Positions 1-8,489 of a stretch of DNA of 55,215 bases are shown one piece after another (the first letter of the stretch is position 1; the number at the start of each line of letters is the position of its first letter). A program made the translations under genes and the position numbers. The stretch comes from a virus. The stretch spans positions 1-55,215 of IMG/VR virus record IMGVR_UViG_3300002098_000007. One strand, given 5' to 3'. The notes under the pieces are model-generated. The model was not told where the DNA came from. It worked only from the letters and a program-made list of their open reading frames with translations, and ran no database searches.

Positions 1-79
1 TGCCATACTGGCTAATTTGCAGGCCCAACGCACGGGCTTCGGCCAGTAGCTCTTGAGTGCTTTTACGAGTGCGAGCAGC
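1..79. repeat. Terminal direct repeat, copy 1 (identical to 55137-55215)
   Basis: Bases 1-79 (tgccatactggctaatttgc...gcgagcagc) recur exactly as the last 79 bases. This fits a circular or terminally redundant contig opened at an arbitrary point. Unique length is 55136 bp. Confidence 0.95.
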
Positions 80-178
80 GCGTATGCAAGAGGCCAACCC
101 GCGAGCGGCGATTTCAGGGTGTCCCGCGGCCACGTAGCGACGGCAAAGGGCGACTTCGCGTTGTTCAGATTTTGTCAT
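1..178 (-). CDS. Hypothetical early protein, 5' part of a gene split by the linearisation point (continues at 55136..55081; 77 aa when circularised)
   Basis: ATG at 178-176 is preceded by a GGAG RBS (aactggagtaactcaaATG). It reads MTKSEQREVALCRRYVAAGHPEIAARGL...ISQYG to base 1, and the frame continues through 55136 to TGA at 55083-55081. Each fragment is below the ORF-track size cutoff. Confidence 0.5.
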   Translation of the reverse strand, partial: MTKSEQREVALCRRYVAAGHPEIAARGLASCIRAARTRKSTQELLAEARALGLQISQYG

Positions 179-406
179 TTGAGTTACTCCAGTTAGAAAG
201 TTATTACGCTATTTGCTTACTGCTCAGTGCTTGAACAGTGGATTGAATTTTGGCTGAAAAAACGTTGAAAAACCGTTCATGCCCAAAATATTTTCCAATC
301 ACGTTTTCGGGGCCGATTGGCAAAAGCAATTCTGAAATGTATTTTTCCGTTTTCGCTCGGAATGAGGCAAAATTGCGGGCTCGCGCAACTCAATAACGTA
401 TAACGC
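179..406. promoter_or_regulatory. Divergent intergenic control region between the two genome arms
   Basis: A 228-bp A/T-rich non-coding gap lies between a minus-strand gene (start 178) and the plus-strand helicase (start 407). It contains tandem and inverted short repeats. No convincing sigma70 -35/-10 pair could be fixed by eye. Confidence 0.4.
255..276 (+). repeat. Tandem 11-bp direct repeat TGAAAAAACGT / TGAAAAACCGT
   Basis: Read directly at 255-265 and 266-276. Related inverted copies are acgttttcgg (301-310) and ccgttttcgc (348-357). A near-identical inverted copy, ccgttttcaacgt, lies at 7537-7549. Confidence 0.8.
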
Positions 407-1966
407 ATGCAACTCAGAAACTATCAAACCGACGCCGTAACGGCAATTTACGCCTCGCTTCGCCGAGGGCAGCACCCAGTAGCGCAGCTAGCCACGGGCA
501 CGGGCAAGTCGCTCATCATAGCGGACGTGCTCAGGCAGGAGGCCGAACGGGGACACCGCGCCTGGGTGCTCACTCACGCGCAGCAGCTCGTAAAGCAGAA
601 CGCTGAGACCTACTACCGACACACGCAAACGCAGGCAGGAATAGTCTGCGCAGGGCTCAGCCGTGAGGACTACGGCGCGCGGGTAATCTTCGGCACCATA
701 CAGAGCATGATTGGCCCCGCTATGCGGGGTGAAATAGTTACCCCTGAGCTCATCATAATTGACGAGGCTCACCGCGTGAGCCACAAAACGGGCGAGCAGG
801 GGATGTACGGGAGCATTTTCCACCGTCACGCGGGCTCCCGTCGCCTAGCGATGACCGCTACCCCTTGGCGCACTGACAACGGGCTCATTTACGGTGATGA
901 TCCGGACTATTTTTGGTTCAACTCTCTCGCCTACAAATACACCGTACCGCAGGCCGTGGCGGAGGGCTACCTGAGCCCCCTAGTCGGCGTTGAGACCGAC
1001 GTGCAGTTGGACTTGAAAGGGGTGAGCGAGGACGGCGAGGACTTCAATCAGACCCAAGCCGGTGAGCGCGTGACTAACGAATGGCTCACTGCCGTCGCGG
1101 GCTCGCTGCTCGAGCTGGCGCGCAACCGTAAGCACGTGGCGCTTTACGCACCGACCGTGGCAGCCGCTATGCGCGCCCAGGCCGCCGTTGAGCGCGTAAC
1201 CGGCTGGCGCACAAAGCTGCTCACCGGGGCGCACAAGCAGCGCGAGCGAGAGGAGATGTTTCGCGGCTGGGCCGCCGGTGAGTTCAAAGTTCTTTGCTCG
1301 GTGGACACGCTGACCACCGGGTTTGACTTCCCCGCGCTGGACTGTATTGCCTGCCTCCGGCCCACGCTGTCGTCTTCGCTCTGGGTTCAAATTCAGGGCC
1401 GCGGCACCCGCCTGAGCGAGGGCAAGCGCAACTGCCTGCTGCTCGACTACGCGGGCAACCTGCAGCGGCTGGGCGGGGTGGACATGCTGGAGACTTACGT
1501 CAAGCAGCGTGACCCGCATACGCCGGTCCAGGCCGTTGAGCCGCCCGAAAAGCGCGCTCGCGCACCGCGTCGGTTCCTACCCGGAGTGCGCACTTTGACG
1601 GCCATTGATCCCTTGACGGGCGCTCAGGCCACCGACGGCGCACTGCTCAAAGTCACTCCACACTCGAGCTCAGCCGTAGCGCTACGTATGCGTAACAAAG
1701 TTGGGGCGTTCATGCTCATGCGGACGTTTGAGTGCACCACGCCGGAGGGCGCCCGTATTACCGCCAGCACGTTCATATACCCCGAGCTGCCCGCGGCGAA
1801 AGAACAAACCGAGAAAAAGCTCCGTGAATGGGGTGTTGCGGCTACCTTACCCGTTAAGGCCAAAGTGCTCAGCTGGCAAAGCAAGACGTGGCCTCTGCCC
1901 TCAGCGCTCACGGTAAAAAAGAGCGGTAAGTATTGGAATATAACCACGATGGAGTTTAACAAATGA
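407..1966 (+). CDS. SF2 DEAD/DEAH-box DNA helicase
   Basis: 519 aa. Motifs seen: Walker A ATGTGKS, DEAH box IIIDEAHR, motif III MTATP, motif VI QIQGRGTR. Confidence 0.85.
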   Translation: MQLRNYQTDAVTAIYASLRRGQHPVAQLATGTGKSLIIADVLRQEAERGHRAWVLTHAQQLVKQNAETYYRHTQTQAGIVCAGLSREDYGARVIFGTIQSMIGPAMRGEIVTPELIIIDEAHRVSHKTGEQGMYGSIFHRHAGSRRLAMTATPWRTDNGLIYGDDPDYFWFNSLAYKYTVPQAVAEGYLSPLVGVETDVQLDLKGVSEDGEDFNQTQAGERVTNEWLTAVAGSLLELARNRKHVALYAPTVAAAMRAQAAVERVTGWRTKLLTGAHKQREREEMFRGWAAGEFKVLCSVDTLTTGFDFPALDCIACLRPTLSSSLWVQIQGRGTRLSEGKRNCLLLDYAGNLQRLGGVDMLETYVKQRDPHTPVQAVEPPEKRARAPRRFLPGVRTLTAIDPLTGAQATDGALLKVTPHSSSAVALRMRNKVGAFMLMRTFECTTPEGARITASTFIYPELPAAKEQTEKKLREWGVAATLPVKAKVLSWQSKTWPLPSALTVKKSGKYWNITTMEFNK

Positions 1967-2268
1967 AACCCGGCTACGTAAAACCGCCGCGCATTAAAGC
2001 GCCAAAAGAGATGCCCGTTGAGCATGCCACACGCATTCAGACGTACCTTGACAACGCTGTTCCTCCGTTGCACAGGCTCGTGACTGAGCGCGCCCTCACC
2101 GGACAGCTCGCTCGTGCCGCAGCGGTGAAGGTAAAATGTTTGTCCTGCTGCAATTTTGAGCGGGATGAGGTGAAGCACTGCGCAGTGGTGATTTGCCCGT
2201 TGCACCTAATCCGCCCGTATCAAGGCAAGCACACTATTGAGGACTCTGACGATGACGCCACCGCGTAA
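1963..2268 (+). CDS. Small Cys-rich (putative zinc-binding) protein
   Basis: 101 aa, with ATGA overlap onto the helicase stop. Cysteine cluster KCLSCCNFERDEVKHCAVVICPLH. Confidence 0.5.
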   Translation: MKPGYVKPPRIKAPKEMPVEHATRIQTYLDNAVPPLHRLVTERALTGQLARAAAVKVKCLSCCNFERDEVKHCAVVICPLHLIRPYQGKHTIEDSDDDATA

Positions 2269-4387
2269 GCCTAAACACATGTGGGACGTAAGCGTTGAGT
2301 CGGCGCCCTCGGGCTTAGATTATGCCCTCGCGTACGCTCGGCTCGGCTGGGCCGTGCTACCCGTGTGGTCAGTAGACGACCATGGGCAGTGCCGCTGCGG
2401 GCGGCCTAACGGCGAGAAAGGCCACAAGGCGGGCAAGCACCCACAAACGGCCCTGGCTCCCCGCGGACACCACGACGCCACCACGGATGAGCAGACCATT
2501 CGCGAGTGGTGGGCGGTGGATCCTGACGCGGGCATCGGAATCTCCCTCTCGGACTCCGGACTGCTGGCCCTAGACATTGACCCACAGAACGGCGGACGGG
2601 AGAGCCTAGCCGCGGTAGAGGCCGAACACGGTGTGTTGCACAGCGACTGCACCGCGGCGACGCAGGGCGGCGGGGAGCACCGGCTGTTCCGCGCCGAACC
2701 GGACATGAACTACCCGGCCAAGCTCGGCGCGGGGCTGGACTTGAAGCACCACGGTTATATCTGCGTCGCGCCTACGCTGGGGCCTTCGGGGGCGTACAGC
2801 TGGGTTGCGGGCGGCTCGCCCCTGAGCGCCAGCCGCCCCGCTCAGCCCTCGCCGTTACCCTCGCTCATAGCTAGCAAGGGCCGCTCGGCGGGGGGCTACG
2901 CCCTAACGGAGCGCGGCGGGGTGCCGGTGGCCACTGCGCAGACGTTTGACGATTTGCGCTCCGCGCTCCGGCACGTCGACGCGGATGACTATGATACCTG
3001 GGTCAACGTCGGGGTGGTGCTCAAGCCGTACGGCGAGAACGGCTATCGAGTGTGGACGGAGTGGGCCGCCCGAAGCGACAAATTTGACGCCGCCGCGCAG
3101 CGCCGCAAGTGGGAGCGGGACATTGACGCGCCGCACTCAATCACCTACCGCTCAATCTTCCGCATGGCACTGGACAACGGCTGGGCGGGGAATAACCACA
3201 CCCCGCAGCCTCAAACCGAGCCACCCGCGCCGGGCGAGCATCCGCTCTCGCTCAGCCGCTCGCTGCACTCGGGTGCCGGGGTGGTTGAGTTGTTTGAGTA
3301 CGTATTTGACGACCTGATGAGCACCGGAGTGAACGTAATTGCCGGCGCTCCGGGAGTGGGTAAAACCACTTTGATTGTCCCCCTGGCCTTGGCCGCTGCG
3401 CACCTCTGCTCGAGCGACTACGCCTTAAAGCCCGCCGTGCGCCGCAACGTCATAATCATTACCGAGTCGCCGGTGCAGGTTCAACGTGTGGTGTACTCGG
3501 TGGCGCGCTGGGGTTACACGGGCGAGGGCGCCGCGGAGTTTGAAGCTCGCGTGCGCGTCATTCCCGCTCAACGGCTCCCGCCGGAGTTGGTGGCCGCGGT
3601 GGCCGCGGAGTACGGGGGGTGGACCTGCGACAACGCCACCGCCGACGGCGGAACCTTTAGCGCCCGGCCCCTGGTCGTCTTTGACACTGCCAACGCCGTT
3701 TTTGACCTCGAGAGCGAGAACGACAACGCGGAGGTGGGCCGGGCTATGTCCGCAATTAAGCAGTCTTTTACTGACTTCCCGGTCATAATAGTCGCCCACA
3801 CCGCCAAGGCGCAAGGCACGGGCGAGGTCGACTACTTTACGCCGCGGGGTGCGGGGGCCTGGACTGGGGACGCGCAGGGGGTGTACACAGTGTTTAAAGA
3901 CGGCGAGGCCGAAGAGGCCCCCCGGGTAATGAAGGCCGCAAAGGTGCGCTTCCCCGTCACCCACCCCGAGCTCACGTTTGAACTAGTCAGCAACAAGGAG
4001 ACCCACAAGGACGTGCTGGGGTATCGCAAGGACATCTGGTTCGCGCACTCAGTAGCCCGGCCCCTAAAGCCCGGCGAACGGCGGAAGATTAAGGAAGACA
4101 TTAAGGAACAGAAAGAACAAGGCGACTGGGTTCAGCTCTGTGACGACATGCTGAACTTAATTCGCTCTCAACCGCAACGCTCCCGCTCGTACTACGAACA
4201 ATTAACAGTGATAAAGGGCGGGGCTCGGGGGTCGCAAGACCGCAAAGAGCGCGCGCTGACGAGCTTAATAAACGACGGCTCGGTAGTGCGCGTAGAGTTG
4301 GAAAAACCAGTCGGGCGGGCAAATCACTACCTGCGGGTGGACGAGGCCACCGTGGACTCGATCGAAAAAGGAAGGTACGCGGTATGA
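2252..4387 (+). CDS. Bifunctional primase-polymerase (Prim-Pol) fused to PriCT-like and P-loop RepA/DnaB-like helicase domains
   Basis: The ORF-track start at 2237 is TTG; ATG 2252 follows GAGGA. The N-terminus has GWAVLPV, GKHP, LALDIDP, GGEHRLF and HGYICVAPT. The middle has DDYDTWVNVG (PriCT-like). The C-terminus has Walker A GAPGVGKTT. Confidence 0.85.
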   Translation: MTPPRKPKHMWDVSVESAPSGLDYALAYARLGWAVLPVWSVDDHGQCRCGRPNGEKGHKAGKHPQTALAPRGHHDATTDEQTIREWWAVDPDAGIGISLSDSGLLALDIDPQNGGRESLAAVEAEHGVLHSDCTAATQGGGEHRLFRAEPDMNYPAKLGAGLDLKHHGYICVAPTLGPSGAYSWVAGGSPLSASRPAQPSPLPSLIASKGRSAGGYALTERGGVPVATAQTFDDLRSALRHVDADDYDTWVNVGVVLKPYGENGYRVWTEWAARSDKFDAAAQRRKWERDIDAPHSITYRSIFRMALDNGWAGNNHTPQPQTEPPAPGEHPLSLSRSLHSGAGVVELFEYVFDDLMSTGVNVIAGAPGVGKTTLIVPLALAAAHLCSSDYALKPAVRRNVIIITESPVQVQRVVYSVARWGYTGEGAAEFEARVRVIPAQRLPPELVAAVAAEYGGWTCDNATADGGTFSARPLVVFDTANAVFDLESENDNAEVGRAMSAIKQSFTDFPVIIVAHTAKAQGTGEVDYFTPRGAGAWTGDAQGVYTVFKDGEAEEAPRVMKAAKVRFPVTHPELTFELVSNKETHKDVLGYRKDIWFAHSVARPLKPGERRKIKEDIKEQKEQGDWVQLCDDMLNLIRSQPQRSRSYYEQLTVIKGGARGSQDRKERALTSLINDGSVVRVELEKPVGRANHYLRVDEATVDSIEKGRYAV

Positions 4388-4524
4388 ACGAACTTTTAGT
4401 TTATGTGCTTATATTGGTGCTGGCGTTTTGTGCCGATTACCTGCGGCGGATAGCCCTTGCGCTTGAGCGCCGTAATGAGATTGAGATGCTGCTGCTGAGA
4501 GCCAACAACGGCGTAATCAAGTGA
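4384..4524 (+). CDS. Small membrane protein (46 aa), translationally coupled to the primase
   Basis: Not in the ORF track (<60 aa). Its ATG overlaps the primase stop (ATGA). It reads MNELLVYVLILVLAFCADYLRRIALALERRNEIEMLLLRANNGVIK, with one hydrophobic helix. Confidence 0.4.
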   Translation: MNELLVYVLILVLAFCADYLRRIALALERRNEIEMLLLRANNGVIK

Positions 4525-4732
4525 TCAAGCGGGGTAATGAAGTGGGCCACTTGATCAAACCACTTGATTGCCCCTGTTTGCACCCAGGATCATGCGTAGG
4601 AGGGGGACCTCAGTCCCTCCTCCGCAGCCTGATCAGGGGTCGGTAGGCTTGATTGTAAATTTATTTTTCCGATCGATGAAGTGATGATGTATAATTTGCG
4701 TAGCAAATTCAACTTGATTGAACCACTTGATC
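4516..4732. repeat. Iteron-like CTTGAT array with a GATC cluster (putative replication origin or regulatory region)
   Basis: CCACTTGAT occurs at 4547, 4560 and 4723, and CAACTTGAT at 4710; the two tandem pairs are each 13 bp apart. Further CTTGAT cores lie at 4648 and, inverted, at 4516-4521 and 4524-4529. Six GATC sites lie at 4523, 4553, 4588, 4631, 4671 and 4729. A GC-rich hairpin aggaggg-N10-ccctcct lies at 4598-4621. Confidence 0.55.
4661..4700 (+). promoter_or_regulatory. Candidate promoter for the virion-gene arm
   Basis: A perfect TATAAT at 4690-4695 follows an A/T-rich tract. The -35 is only weak (TTCCGA, 17-bp spacer). It sits about 110 nt upstream of the first gene of the packaging/structural block. 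Confidence 0.35.
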
Positions 4733-4805
4733 GAAATCCGGGGTTCAAACCCCCCCCCGCGGGGTTAGAATTGTGTTGAGCTGTTTTCTAACAGGAGAAG
4801 TAAAA

Positions 4806-5027
4806 ATGAACGCACCCGAATCGTATCGCATGCACGAATGCTGCCCCAAGGACTGGCGTCAGACTCCGGACTTTACGGGCTGTCACGAGCTGGACGCGGT
4901 CATTCACCGTAGCAAGAACGAAAACCTCAAAGCTCGTATGTCGCTGTACGCTGACATGAACAACCGGGATGCCTACGGCCCGGTCACAGCCTACAATGGG
5001 TACTCGAATTACTCCGGAGACTCTTGA
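4806..5027 (+). CDS. Hypothetical protein
   Basis: The ORF-track start at 4773 is GTG; ATG 4806 is preceded by AGGAGA. 73 aa. Confidence 0.6.
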   Translation: MNAPESYRMHECCPKDWRQTPDFTGCHELDAVIHRSKNENLKARMSLYADMNNRDAYGPVTAYNGYSNYSGDS

Positions 5028-5030
5028 ACT

Positions 5031-5261
5031 ATGCCTTGGACTCTAGCCAGTGCCGTCAAGCACACCAAGAAAGCGGATACGCCTGCAAAAAAGGGGCAAT
5101 GGGCCACCACCGCCAACGCGGTGCTTAAGCAATCCGGCGATGAGGGAAAAGCCGTGCGAGTCGCAAACGCGGCAGTAGCTAAGACCCCGGCCAAGGCGAG
5201 CAGGAAGGTCTCCGCTAGCGCTAAAAAGCGCGTGGGCTCTGCGCTCAAAACGGACGTTTGA
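5031..5261 (+). CDS. Basic Lys/Ala-rich hypothetical protein
   Basis: 76 aa, tightly packed upstream of the terminase genes. A faint ChaB-like pattern is unverified. Confidence 0.55.
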   Translation: MPWTLASAVKHTKKADTPAKKGQWATTANAVLKQSGDEGKAVRVANAAVAKTPAKASRKVSASAKKRVGSALKTDV

Positions 5262-5291
5262 GTGTGACATAGGAATCAAAGGAATCAAATC

Positions 5292-5708
5292 ATGTCTAGT
5301 GGTGGTTTACGTAAAGGAGCAGGCCGACCCGCGGGCGCTAAGAACAGCTCCGTGGTGATTGAACCCGCTGCTCGGCGTAAGATTACCGACGCGTTAGTGG
5401 AGAAGGTCGCCGGTATCAACATCACCCCGCTGGAGGTCATGCTCAACGACATGAAGCTCCACCACGACGAAGCGCGTAAGCTGTTGGCCGAGCATGAGCA
5501 CGAGCAAGAGGACGGCGAGCGCAAGGGGCTGCTCATGAAGATGGCTAAGGTGGAGAGCGCGTTGGCTGTTGAGAGCGCGGCCAAGGTAGCGCCTTACATT
5601 CACGCAAAGTTGCAGACCACCACGTTGAAGGGCGACGCCGATAATCCGCTTGAGCTCGCGCTCATGGACGCTTCAACGCTGAAGGCTGCCGTGCGGGGGA
5701 GCAAGTGA
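5292..5708 (+). CDS. terS: Terminase small subunit
   Basis: 138 aa. N-terminal GGLRKGAGRPAGAKN, ITPLEVML and AAKVAPYIHAKL patterns are typical of small terminases. It lies directly upstream of and overlaps the large subunit. Confidence 0.65.
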   Translation: MSSGGLRKGAGRPAGAKNSSVVIEPAARRKITDALVEKVAGINITPLEVMLNDMKLHHDEARKLLAEHEHEQEDGERKGLLMKMAKVESALAVESAAKVAPYIHAKLQTTTLKGDADNPLELALMDASTLKAAVRGSK

Positions 5709-7300
5709 ACACCGTTGCGGCCGAGTATGAGAGCTGCTTGGATGTTCCGTTTGAGGCGGTCATCGACTACTGGGACACGACCACCGCCGGTGGTCGAGAT
5801 TTGAAAATGGTGCGTGCGCTGGCGTTGTGGGATCGTTACTTCCTGCTCGTGCAGATCTTCGGTCGTAAAGACTTGCTGCATCCTTGGCTCTACGCCCGCT
5901 GCCGGGAGGTCGAGCGCGCGCCGGACGGGTACTTGGACATCTATGGACGCGAGCACTACAAGTCCACAATCATCACCTACGCGGGGGTGATTCAGGAGCT
6001 CCTGCGCGACCCGGACATCACGATCGGTATCTTCAGCCACACCAAGGGTATAGCGCGAGCTTTTTTGCGACAGATCAAGGTCGAGCTAGAGAGCAATCAG
6101 CGGTTGAAGACGCTTTTCCCTGATGTACTATACGCCGACCCACAGGAGCAATCCCCTATGTGGTCACTAGACACGGGGCTCATTGTCAAGCGCCGCACTA
6201 ATCCCAAAGAGGCCACGGTTGAGGCCTGGGGCCTGGTCGACGGGCAGCCGACCTCAAAGCACTTTGCGCTCATGGTTTACGACGACGTGGTGACTCGCGA
6301 GTCGGTGAGCACCCCGGAGCAGATAAGTAAGACTACCGAGGCATGGGAGCTCAGTGACAACCTGGGTGCCCAAGGCGGGCGTAAGTGGCACACGGGCACC
6401 CGGTACTCTTACGCAGACACGTATCAAGAGCTGATGAAGCGCGGGGCCGTCAAGCCCCGTATCTACCCGGCGACGGCTGACGGGACTATCACCGGTAAGC
6501 CCGTGTTGTTTGACCAAGACACTTGGAACAAAAAGGTACGCGACCAGGGCGAAGCGACAATCAGCTGCCAGATGCTGGCCAACCCGCTCGCGAGGCACCA
6601 GCGGATGTTTGACGTGCAGGACTTGGTCGACTACGAGGTGCGCCCCGAGACGCTCGCGGTTTACCTGCTGATTGACCCCGCACGTAGCAAGAAAAGCGAC
6701 AGCGACGACACCGCGATGGCGGTAATAGGGCTTGACTACGCAAACAACAAATACCTGCTGGATGGTATGTGCCACAAGATGGATCTGATGGAGCGGTGGC
6801 AGAACACCGCTCGCCTGTACAGCCATTGGAAGACCCAAAGCGGAATTCAGGCAATCTACGTGGGGTACGAGAGCTTTGGTGCTCAGTCGGACTTGGATTA
6901 CTTCCGCGAGCAGCAGAAACTGACCGGCCTCCGTTTTGACATTACCGAGCTGGCTTGGCCCCGCGAGGGTGGAGGCAGCAAGGTCGATCGCGTGCAGCGC
7001 CTGGGCCCCGACTTCCGTAGTCATAAGTTCTACGTGCCGTACAAGACAGATGAGAAGAACCTGACGAGCAACCAGCGTAAAATGGTAGACGGCTACAAGT
7101 ACCGCATTAGCAAACCGATACGGCGCAAAAACGAGAACAACGAGATTTACGACCTCACCGAGCTGCTCAAGTTGCAGGTTCACTATTTCCCCTTTGGGGG
7201 TAAAAAAGACCTGGTGGACGCGGTGAGCCGCATTTACGACATGTCTCCCCGGCCACCCACCTACCGCGAAGCCCGCTACGCCGAGCCCGAATTTGTTTAA
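5705..7300 (+). CDS. terL: Terminase large subunit
   Basis: 531 aa with a GTG start overlapping the terS stop (GTGA). ATPase-like GREHYKST and LMVYDDV motifs are followed by a nuclease-like C-terminal half (LLIDPA...DDTAMAV). Position is immediately before the portal block. Confidence 0.8.
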   Translation: MNTVAAEYESCLDVPFEAVIDYWDTTTAGGRDLKMVRALALWDRYFLLVQIFGRKDLLHPWLYARCREVERAPDGYLDIYGREHYKSTIITYAGVIQELLRDPDITIGIFSHTKGIARAFLRQIKVELESNQRLKTLFPDVLYADPQEQSPMWSLDTGLIVKRRTNPKEATVEAWGLVDGQPTSKHFALMVYDDVVTRESVSTPEQISKTTEAWELSDNLGAQGGRKWHTGTRYSYADTYQELMKRGAVKPRIYPATADGTITGKPVLFDQDTWNKKVRDQGEATISCQMLANPLARHQRMFDVQDLVDYEVRPETLAVYLLIDPARSKKSDSDDTAMAVIGLDYANNKYLLDGMCHKMDLMERWQNTARLYSHWKTQSGIQAIYVGYESFGAQSDLDYFREQQKLTGLRFDITELAWPREGGGSKVDRVQRLGPDFRSHKFYVPYKTDEKNLTSNQRKMVDGYKYRISKPIRRKNENNEIYDLTELLKLQVHYFPFGGKKDLVDAVSRIYDMSPRPPTYREARYAEPEFV

Positions 7301-7311
7301 GGAGAAAGACT

Positions 7312-7521
7312 ATGCCCGCCAACGTACCCAACCCCGTGTCGCAGTCACAGCTGAACAACCTGGGCTACCCGGTAACCACTCGCAGCTACTCGTACCTCGA
7401 CCTCGTCATGCGTCAGTGGGGCTCTGAGTTTAAAGCGCCTGACCACGGTATCTACGAGTTCAGCAACTCTCGCCGCTTTGACAGCACCGACCAAGGCACC
7501 ACCGGGCTGTACTCGCGCTGA
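7312..7521 (+). CDS. Hypothetical protein
   Basis: 69-aa ORF with a GGAGA RBS. Confidence 0.5.
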   Translation: MPANVPNPVSQSQLNNLGYPVTTRSYSYLDLVMRQWGSEFKAPDHGIYEFSNSRRFDSTDQGTTGLYSR

Positions 7522-7573
7522 ACGGGGCTAAAATTTCCGTTTTCAACGTGTATTAACTTTCAGGAGAACCCCC

Positions 7574-7870
7574 ATGAACGAGCTGAACGACTCAGACTTG
7601 GAGAAACTGTACAAAGCTCATCAAGCCGAGAGCCACGATGCCGGACTGCGTGCGGTGTACGCGGCGGGGTTTGCAGCCGGGGCCCACCCCCAGGCCGCGC
7701 AACTTGAGCCCGCAGCCCAAGCACAGGCCCAAGCAACCGAGCTCGCCCCTGAGGAACAAGCCATAGTCGAGACTCTTGACTCAACCGAGCCGGTAACTCC
7801 GACCGAGCTGAGCTCGGGTGGATTGGCCCGGTGGGATACCCTGGCATCAACCACGGAGCCCGCAGCATGA
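7574..7870 (+). CDS. Hypothetical acidic protein
   Basis: 98-aa ORF with an AGGAGA RBS. Confidence 0.5.
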   Translation: MNELNDSDLEKLYKAHQAESHDAGLRAVYAAGFAAGAHPQAAQLEPAAQAQAQATELAPEEQAIVETLDSTEPVTPTELSSGGLARWDTLASTTEPAA

Positions 7871-8256
7871 GCGAAGTGGCAGCCAATTTGGGGCTCGACC
7901 ACTCGATCGACACCCAGCTCATCGAGGCCACACCGGACGTCGAGAACGAGCGTATGCACCTGGTCGCTAAGATGGCTGCCGGTGAGTTGGGTCGGGCCTA
8001 TCCGGGCCATCTGTGGATGATAGGCTGGGCGCCGGGTATGACGTTGGTCATCAAGCATATGTTGGGCGACGCCAAGTACGGCTACACCGTGGACGCTGCT
8101 AAGGCCGCTACTATTAGCGAGCTAGAGCACGCCATCATCATGGGCGGGGGCGAGCTGCTTGAGCGCTTAGGGCTGCCGCGTCGCGCCTGGAACGGTGACC
8201 TGCCTGAGCAAACGTATGACGGCGTCCGCCCGCAAGACCAAATTCAACTCATGTGA
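7867..8256 (+). CDS. Hypothetical protein
   Basis: ATG at 7867 overlaps the upstream stop (ATGA). The ORF-track start at 7831 would overlap the previous gene by 40 nt. Confidence 0.55.
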   Translation: MSEVAANLGLDHSIDTQLIEATPDVENERMHLVAKMAAGELGRAYPGHLWMIGWAPGMTLVIKHMLGDAKYGYTVDAAKAATISELEHAIIMGGGELLERLGLPRRAWNGDLPEQTYDGVRPQDQIQLM

Positions 8257-8267
8257 GGAATCTTAAT

Positions 8268-8477
8268 ATGCCAAAAGAAGCTATGGGCGACACCGAGCGC
8301 AAGATCCGCGAAGAACAGGCCGAAAAGAAAATGCAGGCCGCCACCGACAAAGCCTACAACAAGGCCCTCACCTACCCGGAGAGCACGCCCCCTGCAAAGT
8401 CCGCACCCGTCAAGCCCAAGATGGGCGTCGACAAGGGCGAAGCGGGCAAGCCCTGGGACGCGCTGTTCAGCAAGTGA
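8268..8477 (+). CDS. Hypothetical Lys-rich protein
   Basis: ATG 8268 is preceded by GAGGA. 69 aa. Confidence 0.5.
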   Translation: MPKEAMGDTERKIREEQAEKKMQAATDKAYNKALTYPESTPPAKSAPVKPKMGVDKGEAGKPWDALFSK

Positions 8478-8489
8478 GCGCGCACCCGT

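Noticed and set aside
394-404. The shared 11-mer TAACGTATAAC just upstream of the helicase start (394-404) and, on the minus strand, upstream of the nuclease gene start (39875-39885). It could be a common promoter or operator.
   Set aside because: A single shared 11-mer between two sites is within chance expectation for a 55-kb genome compared against itself. In the first case the TATAAC lies only 2 nt from the ATG, which is incompatible with a normal -10 element.
4738-4764. A tRNA-like T-arm (ccggggTTCAAACcccc) that suggests a tRNA gene in the ori region.
   Set aside because: Only a 4-bp T-stem can form. No complementary acceptor-stem, D-arm or anticodon-arm sequence exists in the ~75 nt upstream. 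The adjacent ccccgcgggg is simply a palindrome.
6254-7183. Long antisense or alternative-frame ORFs from the track: 6254..7183(-), 12575..13438(-), 13490..14275(-), 24326..24919(-), 32616..33161(-), 35022..35714(-), 44676..45338(+), 48469..49002(+), 45572..45949(+) and many shorter ones.
   Set aside because: Each is fully nested opposite or out of frame to a motif-supported gene. They lack an RBS and have the Arg/Val/His/Gly-rich composition typical of shadow frames in GC-rich DNA. Accepting them would break the otherwise strict strand polarity of the two arms.
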